Below, piece by piece: positions 9,131 through 17,177 of a stretch of 17,177 nucleotides of DNA (the stretch's first letter is position 1; each line of letters opens with the position of its first letter). A program made the position numbers and the translations under genes. The notes under the pieces are model-generated. The model had not been told where the DNA came from, ran no database searches, and saw only the letters and a program-made list of their open reading frames with translations. The stretch is taken from positions 1 to 17,177 of the forward strand of contig NW_021824917.1 in assembly GCF_006345805.1 (NCBI RefSeq), read 5' to 3'. Source of the DNA: Octopus sinensis (taxonomy: Eukaryota).

Positions 9131-9237
9131 CTGACAGCTGTTTCGGCAGTGAGGACAGTCATACCTCATTAACCTATAAGCCATAAAGGCAGGTATAAAT
9201 GAGGCATTAACAAGGATGCCCCACGGCCTCTTCAGAG
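9131..9237 (-). ncRNA. Type I hammerhead ribozyme with a long stem II (left arm)
   Basis: Reverse complement of 12589-12696. tcttcag at 9229-9235, tttc at 9141-9144, cagctg at 9135-9140; predicted cut between 9133 and 9132. Confidence 0.75.
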
Positions 9238-9575
9238 AATTAAATTAAATTTGTTATAATAGTGAAAAATATTATACAATCATATACATATAAATATAAA
9301 AATATAAAAAAATAAAATATAAAAACTTATACATCATAAAGCTACACTTATATAATATACTACACATTTGTACAAAAAAGGAAAGCAAACAGAACAAAAT
9401 AAAAAAAAATATATAATAGTGTATATTAATATCAATAAGTACCGATATATACATATTTGGCTAGTAGTTTTTTATATATAAAAAAAAGGCTAACATATAT
9501 GGAGATGGAAAATAATAAATAAATCCGTGGTATAGTTCATAAGATACTAAAGCTATAAAAGTTAATAAAATTACT

Positions 9576-9621
<46 letters not shown>

Positions 9622-12191
9622 TAAAAAAATATAATAAAAAAATAGATACAGTTAAGTAGCACCAAGTCCATCCTTACAAGATCGAAATAACTATGAGTTA
9701 AGAAATGCTGACCACTAGGTAAAGAAAAAATAGATTAATTCTATTGGCTATAGGTTTGAAATTTAAATCACAAAGAAAATTATACGGTTGGTTAGTCAGG
9801 GAACGCCAATATTCACACACGCATCTACAGATCAATCGCACATACACACATAGTAATATGTATATGCATACACTTATACACATACATAATTCCAAGCAAC
9901 AACTAGCACATAGATAAACAAAAAGGGAAGCAACTATGCTACAATTTAGTCCTTCAAAATTATAATATGCCTCAATAAAAAGAAGAACCATCCATGCATT
10001 CCATAGAATATTTAATTTAGATATAAATATATTTTTAATATCAGTATGTTACTAAGTCAGATACTTATTTCATGGGTAATTTAAAAATTTATAACACCGT
10101 TTGTTGCAGAGTAAAACATCGGTTGTTAGATTTATCGTAAGTTTGTTATGGTTTTAAGTACGCTAAATTATAAAATAAATATAAAATAATATTAATTTAA
10201 ATATTATAAATAAGCCACTTATTAACTTAATAAATATAGTGCCATAATATACCAGTTTAGGCATTAAAGAATAGAAGGGGAAGTATTAATGTAAACGCTT
10301 ATGAGAACAACATAGAAATTTTAAATAAATTTTATATTATAAAGATTTAAGATGAAGAGAGATAAAATAAATAAGAAGGAATAAATACGAAGGAATAAAT
10401 ACTGTTATACACATAATTATAAGTACAAACCAGTATATATGTATTCATATATTATTAAAATTAAATAAAAATAAATGATAGATATGTATGTATAAAACTA
10501 CCCAAGTATAATTAAATAAGTAAAAATAAATAGGTAGCAAATTATATGACTTGATATGTATGTAAACATCTACACTTAAATAGGCAAATAAATAAATAAA
10601 TAGAAGACTAGAAGCAAAAATTGATAATATTACAATAAAATGGAAAATAAATAAAAATAATAAATAGAGTGAATATATATGTTATATTGTTGAAAGTAAA
10701 TATGTATGGAAGGATAGTTTAAAGTACAGATCCAGAATATATATATAAACTAAATATATGAGGCTGGTAATAATTATAAAGCATAATGCATGTAATGAGA
10801 AAATGAAAAAAATGAAAAAGGTTATCAGTGAGTAGCATAAGATACAAATTAAGGTGAGTACAGAAAGACCAAATATACAATAAAAACCTTCTAAATAAAA
10901 CATACAAAAAACCTATAATCTCAACCTAAACCCACCAAACTCACAAAAGGCTCTCATATATTACATATTATATATATCATTACATTATCAGAGCTAGGTA
11001 TCTACCCAAGATATGTATATATATACTATGCAATATACTATGCAATATTAGAAAACTTCAAAAATCACACATTACAAGACTTCATATTTACTTTCAACAC
11101 ATTACAAGACTACATATTTACTTTCAACAATATAACATATATATTCACTCTATTTATTATTTTTATTTATTTTCCATTTTATTGTAATATTATCAATTTT
11201 TGCTTCTAGTCTTCTATTTATTTATTTATTTACCTATTTAAGTGTAGATGTTTACATACATATCAAGTCATATAATTTGCTACCTATTTATTTTTACTTA
11301 TTTAATTATACTTGGGTAGTTTTATACATACATATCTATCATTTATTTTTATTTAATTTTAATAATATATGAATACATATATACTGGTTTGTACTTATAA
11401 TTATGTGTATAACAGTATTTATTCCTTCGTATTTATTCCCTTCTATTATTTTATCTCTCTTCATCTTAAATCTTTATAATATAAAATTTATTTAAAATTC
11501 TATGTTGTTCTCATAAGCGTTTACATTAATACTTCCCCTTCTATTCTTTAATGCCTAAACTGGTATATTATGGCACTATATTATTAAGTTAATAAGTGGC
11601 TTATTTATAATATTTAAATTAATATATATTTTTATATTTTATTTTATATTTAGCGTACTTAAAACCATAACAAACTCACGATAAATCTAACAACCGTATG
11701 TTTTACTCTGCAACAAACCGGTGTTATAAATTTTAAATACCCATGAAATAAGTATCTGACTTAGTAACATACTGATATTTAAAAATATATTTATATCTAA
11801 ATTAAATATTCTATGGAATGCATGGATGGTTCTTCTTTTATTATTGAGGCATATTATAATTTTGAAGGACTAAATTGTAGCATAGTTGCTTCCCTTTTTG
11901 TTTATCTATGTGCTAGTTGTTGCTTGGAATTATGTATGTGTATAAGTGTATGCATATACATATTACTATGTGTGTATGTGCGATTGATCTGTAGATGCGT
12001 GTGTGAATATTGGCGTTCCCTGACTAACCAACCGTATAATTTTCTTTTGTGATTTAAATTTCAAACCTATAGCCAATCGAATTAATCTATTTTTTCTTTA
12101 CCTAGTGGTCAGCATTTCTTAACTCATAGTTATTTCGATCTTGTAAGGATGGACTTGGTGCTAACTTAACTGTATCTATTTTTTTATTATA

Positions 12192-12249
<58 letters not shown>

Positions 12250-12588
12250 AGTAATTTTTATTAACTTTTATAGCTTTAGTATCTTATGAACTATACCACG
12301 GATTTATTTATTATTTTCCATCTCCATATATGTTAGCCTTTTTTTTATATATAAAAAACTACTAGCCAAATATGTATAATATCGGTACTTATTGATATTA
12401 ATATATACACTATTATATATTTTGTTTTATTGTTCTGTTTGCTTTCCTTTTTTGTACAAATGTGTAGTATATTATATAAGTGTAGCTTTATGATGTATAA
12501 GTTTTTATATTTTATTTTTTTTATATTTTATATTTATATGTATATGATTGTATAATATTTTTCACTATTATAACAAATTAATTTAATT

Positions 12589-12696
12589 CTCTGAAGAGGC
12601 CGTGGGGCATCCTTGTTAATGCCTCATTTATACCTGCCTTTATGGCTTATAGGTTAAATGAGGTATGACTGTCCTCACTGCCGAAACAGCTGTCAG
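12589..12696 (+). ncRNA. Type I hammerhead ribozyme with an 85-nt stem II (right arm)
   Basis: CT-CTGAAGA (12591-12597)-GGC...GCC (12598-12682)-GAAA (12683-12686)-CAGCTG-TC/AG. The core is intact with a GUC triplet. Stem I is only 2 bp before imperfect AT-rich pairing. Confidence 0.78.
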
Positions 12697-12919
12697 TTTT
12701 GATTTATTTGCTATTATATTTGAAAAAAATTTTTTACTTATATCTCTTTATCTTTTTACTATTACTGTATATCTCATTTCATTTTATGTATTGCCTTTAC
12801 TCATATGTAATGGTGTATTAAAGTATGGATTGAGTATCATCGGATAGTTGATGTTTTACTGATTTAAGTATATTTCTCCATTCTCTAATTTTGTAGTATA
12901 TATATATATATATATTTAT

Positions 12920-13075
12920 GTCTGATGGGCTCACTTCAGTTTCCATCTGACAAGGTCCACTTACAAGGCCCGAGGTCAAAATAGAAGAGAATTGCCCTAG
13001 GTGCCATGCAGTAGGACTGAACACAGAACCCTGTGGTTGGAAAGCAAACTTCTTACCACACAGGAACACCTGTGC
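12920..13075 (-). mobile_element. Degenerate tRNA-derived CORE-type SINE
   Basis: Reverse-complement homologue of 16437-16560 and same-strand homologue of 14835-14995. Confidence 0.7.
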
Positions 13076-13100
13076 TTATACATTTGTGGAGCACACAAAC

Positions 13101-13143
<43 letters not shown>

Positions 13144-13299
13144 TATAATGTATTTATTATGGTAGTTTGACTTTAATAGTCCCTCGTAGTGTGAAGCATT
13201 TATGTATGGTAATGCCCTGATATATAAACATATATATATGTAAATGTTTGTTGTATAGCTAGAATGATGGATGTATATATATATATATCCATTCATATG

Positions 13300-14095
13300 C
13301 TCCCAGTCATCTTCCCAAATACATTCGTAAACTATGACAAGATATACTCTGACATGCGGGTTCCATTCCTTCTCTGCCGATTATATTCGTAGTCTCGTTA
13401 TGTTGATTTGGGGGCATCAGTCTCACAGATTTTACTTTAGAAATCCACCCCATACGTATTCAGTTAGTCTCTTGTACTGAAGCACAAACCAAATCTAGAC
13501 ATATATTTTGGGAAGGGACCCTTTGTGAGAAAATATGCAATGCATTCATATTAACTGTTGTTTCTAGCAAACTTTGTATTTAAGTTTGTGTCTGTAACTA
13601 GTTTTTTGTTGTTGTATTAATTTCATTTTAATAATTAAATGCAAATTAATGCCTAATTAAAAAATATAATTAAAAGCATGACATATAAAATGCAACTGAA
13701 TGCAAGAGCTGCTAGTAATAGCAGCCAAATTTACAGAGAAAACAGCCCATATTGTCTCACGTAACTCCATACATAGTTATATAGCTAGAGTTGCTTGAAA
13801 TAGCAGCCAAATGCCCCTCCAATCCACTGTACTTCTGAAATTAGCTACAGTTTAAAATTTACTACGCCTGTTGTCATGCAAACAAATCCAATACAACAGG
13901 TCCATTAAACTGTGTCATTTCATATGCTAGAAACAACAGCAAGTGCTTAGCAAAAATATATACAAAGACGGACAGAGAAAAAACTGGGAGGAAAGCAAAA
14001 ACCAAAAAAGATCGAAATATATAATGTATCAATGTTAAATGTACTTGCTAGAAATAGCAGCCAAAAGAAATTGAATCACAGCTGTCTATCTATCT
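13300..14095. repeat. Long copy of the GCTAGAAATAGCAGCCAAAT dispersed family
   Basis: Colinear diverged homology with ~15025-15945 (ggttccattcctt..., ttaactgttgtttctagc, four or five motif copies). Confidence 0.75.
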
Positions 14096-14187
14096 ATTTG
14101 TCTGTCTGTCTGTTTGTCTCTCTATTTATATAAATATATATATATATATATATACATTCTTTTATTCTTGTACATTTATTTATTCTT

Positions 14188-14375
14188 TTATTTGTTTCAG
14201 TTATTTCACTGTGGCCCTGCTGGAGCACCACCTTACTGGGTTTCTGTCAAACAAATCTTTGTAAGTTTAGTACTTATTCTATCAGTCTCTTTTGTCAAAT
14301 CAAAGTCACAGGGACATAAACAGACCAACATCGGTTGTCATACGATGGGGATGTGTGGTGTAGGGTAGACACACA
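14188..14375 (-). mobile_element. SINE 3' portion
   Basis: ttgtttcagttattt.actg.ggcc.tgctggagcac...tattctatcagtctcttttg...aaacagaccaacat.ggttgtca is shared with 16150-16370. Confidence 0.75.
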
Positions 14376-14382
14376 CAAATGA

Positions 14383-14384
<2 letters not shown>

Positions 14385-14450
<66 letters not shown>

Positions 14451-14490
14451 TATATATATAATATATACATAGATATATGTATGTATATGT
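14385..14490. repeat. (TA)n microsatellite
   Basis: Directly visible. Confidence 0.95.
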
Positions 14491-14492
14491 CT

Positions 14493-14755
14493 TAAAGGAC
14501 TCCGCTGGTTACGACGACGAGGGTCCCAGCTGATACGATCAATGGAACAGCTTGCTCGTGAAATTAACGTGCAAATGGCTGAGCATTCCACAGACACGTA
14601 TACCCTTAACGTAGTTCTCGGGGATAATCAGCGTGACACGGAGAGTGATAAGGCTGACCCTTTGAAATACAAGTACAACTCATTTTTGCCAGCTGAGTGG
14701 ACTGGAGCAACGTGAAATAAAGTGTCTTGCTCAAGGACACAACGCGTTGCCGGTA
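14493..14755 (-). mobile_element. 5'-truncated SINE with a V/CORE-type central domain
   Basis: Minus strand begins gttgtgtccttgagcaagacacttt, typical of V/CORE SINE domains. Its higher GC stands out between TA tracts. Confidence 0.6.
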
Positions 14756-14834
14756 TGTATATGTATATGTATATGTAATGTATATATATATATATATATA
14801 TACACACACATACATATAGATATACACACATACA

Positions 14835-14995
14835 TATATGATGGGCTTCTTTCAGTTTCCATCTAGCAGATCCACTCACAAGGCTTTGGTTGGCTTAAGG
14901 GTCATTTAAAAGACACTTGCCTAAGGTGCCACACAGTAGGATTGAACCTGGAAACATGTGGTTGGGAAGCAAACTTCTTATGACAGAGCCTGGCC
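14835..14995 (-). mobile_element. tRNA-derived CORE-type SINE
   Basis: aagacacttgcctaaggtgccac (reverse complement of a CORE-like motif), ggattgaacc (B box) and tggttgggaagcaaacttctt. Confidence 0.75.
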
Positions 14996-15024
14996 GATGC
15001 CAGTTGGCATTACTGGGTACCTGT

Positions 15025-15945
15025 TTCGACTCGTTTCTCCCGATTGTCTTCCCACACACACATTCCTAAACGACACCAAGGTTATACTCCAACATGTTGG
15101 TTCCATTCCTTCCTCTGCGATTTTACTCGTTGTCTTGTTGTTTCTGTCAATTCCGGGGCACACCAGTCTCAAGGATTTTATTTCAGAAAATCGACCCCAA
15201 AACATATCCCTCCGTCCTTCTACTCAAACAACCAAACTAAACCTAGGCACAAAGCTTTGGAAGGAGACTTTATAAAAAAATATGTGATACATTCCTTTAA
15301 CTGTTGTTTCTAGCTTCAAACTTGTATTTAATTGTGCATTTGTAACTATTTTATAGACTTGCTGCTAGAAATAGCAGTCAAAACTCACTGAATCACAGCT
15401 GTCTATCTATTTGTCTTATATGGTTTTCCAGTTTTGTATTATTTCTTTGGAATACTTAAATGGAAAATGAAGTCTAATTTAGAAAAGAAAACGAAATTCA
15501 TGATGTATAAGAAGTAAATGAAAGCAAGGGCTGCTAGAATAGCAGCCAAATCTACGTCGGAACAGCATCATACTGCCTCACGTAACTCCATCCATATTTA
15601 TATATGAGCCGATAAAAATTGAAGCCAATGAAAATGATAGCTAGATTTGTTTGAAATAGCAGCCAAATGTCCCTCCAATCTGCTGTAGTTCTGAAATTAA
15701 CTTCAGTCTATAAATTCTACACCTATTTGTCATGCAAAACAAGACAAATACAAAGGGTCCATTAAACTGAGACGTTCCTATGCTAGAAACAACAGCAAGA
15801 CTTGAGCAAAAATATATGCGAAGAAGGATACAGAAAATACTGAGAGGGAGGCAGAAAGAAAAGACATTTAAATATAGAATGTTTCAATGCTTAATGGATG
15901 CCGAGTTACTGCTAGAAATAGCAGCCAAATCTCACATCTGTCTGT
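15025..15945. repeat. Second long copy of the GCTAGAAATAGCAGCCAAAT family
   Basis: Homologous to 13300-14095; motifs at ~15364, 15533, 15651, 15782 and 15911. Confidence 0.75.
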
Positions 15946-15955
15946 TTATCTATCG

Positions 15956-16139
15956 AAGGGGTTCCCAACCTTTTTTATGCCCTGCACCCTTAAAAACCTT
16001 TAATATGTTCTCACACCCCTTAAAGTAATAGTTATATAAGAATAAAGGTGCCCGGAGCAATTGCCGACTTTGACCCCATATAAATCCAGCCCTGCTCGCA
16101 CCCCCAAGCGGTGTGTGCACCCCTGGATGGGAAACCCTG
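15956..16139. mobile_element. hAT-like MITE (184 bp)
   Basis: Terminal inverted repeats aaggggttcccaacc versus cagggtttcccatcc (reverse complement of the right end) match at 12/15. They resemble CAGGGGTTCCCAA hAT ends. No clean 8-bp TSD. Confidence 0.5.
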
Positions 16140-16149
16140 CATCTAAATA

Positions 16150-16370
16150 TATTACATTCTTTGTTTCTTTACTTGTTTCAGTTATTTGACTGCGGCCATG
16201 CTGGAGCACTGCTTAAAGGGTTTTAGTCAAAAACAAATCGACCCCAGGATTTATTCTTCGTAAGCCTACGACTATTCTATCAGTCTCTTTTGCCAAACTA
16301 ACTTAAAGGGTTGTAAACAGACCAACATAGGTTGTCAAGTGATGGTTATGTGGGGTGGGGTTCAGATCTA
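16150..16370 (-). mobile_element. SINE 3' portion
   Basis: Homologous to 14188-14375 and, in reverse, to 1330-1438. Confidence 0.75.
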
Positions 16371-16436
16371 TACACACATGAATATATATATTATATATAT
16401 ACACACACAGATATATACACTCACACATATATATAT

Positions 16437-16565
16437 AGGGGCATGGCTGTGTGGTTAGGGAGCTTGCTTCCTAGCTACATGGTTTCGGGTTCAGTCCCAC
16501 TGCGTGGCACTTTGGGTAGGTGTCTTCCACTATAGCCCCGAGCCGACCGGAGCTTTGTGATTGAA
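16437..16565 (+). mobile_element. tRNA-derived CORE-type SINE head
   Basis: A box tggctgtgtggt, B box gggttcagtcc, then CORE-like gtggcactttgggtaggtgtctt. Confidence 0.8.
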
Positions 16566-16709
16566 TTCGGTAGGGGGAAGTTTTACTGCCGTGTGTGGTA
16601 TATGTGCGTGTAGCTGCTCAGTGCCTCTCCCAAAGAGAGAGAGAGGGATATCTGTTGTACTATAGGCACGAGGCCTGAAGGTTTGGCAGGTGGTGGGGGG
16701 GGAGTTGAT

Positions 16710-16865
16710 AACATCGAATCCAACGTTTCACTGGTACTTCATTTATTGACCCTGAAAGGTTGAAATGCAAAGTTGACCCTGACGAAATTTGAACTCAAAA
16801 TATAGTGACAGGTGAAACACCGCTAAGTACTTTGTCCGGTGCACTAACAATTCTGCCAGCTCACC
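16710..16865 (-). mobile_element. tRNA-derived SINE (same family as 605-762)
   Basis: Minus strand: tggcagaattg (A box), gagttcaaatt (B box), cctttcagggtcaataaatgaagtaccagt. Confidence 0.75.
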
Positions 16866-16867
16866 TC

Positions 16868-16900
<33 letters not shown>

Positions 16901-16955
16901 ATATATATATATATATATATATTTATACATATACATATACATATACATATACAAT
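16868..16955. repeat. (TG)n/(TA)n microsatellite
   Basis: Directly visible. Confidence 0.95.
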
Positions 16956-17170
16956 TTATAAACTGCAATTAATTTCAGAAGAACAGTAGATTGGAGGGGC
17001 ATTTAGCTGCTATTTCAAACAACTCTAGCTATCATGTACACTTCATCTTTCATCAGCTAATATATAAATATGTATGGAGTTAGAAGAGATGGTATGATGT
17101 TGTTCCAACGTAGATTTGGCTGCTACATCTAGCAGCTCTGGCATTCGTTTGCATTTTACACACGATTAAT
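16955..17170 (-). repeat. Inverted partial copy of the GCTAGAAATAGCAGCCAAAT family
   Basis: Reverse complement of ~13680-13860 and ~15510-15720. Confidence 0.8.
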
Positions 17171-17177
17171 ACATATA

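Larger units (their letters stand above)
8930..12899. repeat. ~4-kb inverted duplication: arms 8930-10706 and 11111-12899, spacer ~404 bp
   Basis: Outer ends atactacaaaa / ttttgtagtat; inner ends gttgaaagtaaatatgta / tacatatttactttcaac. The arms are colinear, including (TAA)14 versus (ATT)16 and the mirrored ORFs 9698..9991 and 11813..12052. Differences are mostly small indels. Confidence 0.95.

Noticed and set aside
9698-12052. Mirrored Cys-rich ORFs 9698..9991 and 11813..12052 as a duplicated gene
   Set aside because: They are identical only because of the inverted duplication. The composition comes from TG-rich low-complexity sequence, and the reading frames diverge at indels.
8761-12899. 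Mitochondrial insertion (NUMT) or control region, suggested by extreme AT content
   Set aside because: No recognisable mitochondrial tRNA, rRNA or protein motifs. The hammerhead and inverted layout fit a PLE-type origin better.
13711-15930. CRISPR-like array, from the recurring 20-bp motif
   Set aside because: Eukaryotic context, degenerate repeats, irregular 80-170 bp spacing, and the spacers are themselves homologous between copies.
16437-16510. Functional tRNA gene
   Set aside because: It has A and B boxes but no closed cloverleaf, and it continues into a CORE-like domain with several degenerate copies, so it is a SINE head.

Overview
AT-rich, microsatellite-dense eukaryotic DNA with no credible intact host gene. 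The SINE and repeat families resemble those I recall from octopus/cephalopod genomes, but this is unverified. The window is dominated by Penelope-like retroelement (PLE) material. It holds a frameshifted RT + GIY-YIG fragment (~6140-7560, minus) and a PLE 3' end with an endonuclease C-terminal remnant (~2420-3170, minus). Six type I hammerhead ribozyme (HHR) motifs from three distinct sequence families were found by eye; all have a palindromic hexamer (CAGCTG or CGTACG) as stem III. Three HHRs lie in a ~553-bp unit present as two tandem copies plus one inverted copy (3376-5067), a retrozyme-like array that predicts a 552-nt self-excised monomer. Two lie in the arms of a ~4-kb inverted duplication (8930-10706 / 11111-12899) and have an unusual 85-nt rod-like stem II. 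One (2781-2831) has a core mutation. Both inverted structures are divergent (tails out) and end in (TA)n tracts. The rest is tRNA-derived SINEs, a hAT-like MITE, a dispersed family built around a GCTAGAAATAGCAGCCAAAT motif, and simple repeats. Main caveat: repeat copies differ mostly by small indels, so long-read error or fold-back assembly artefacts must be excluded.
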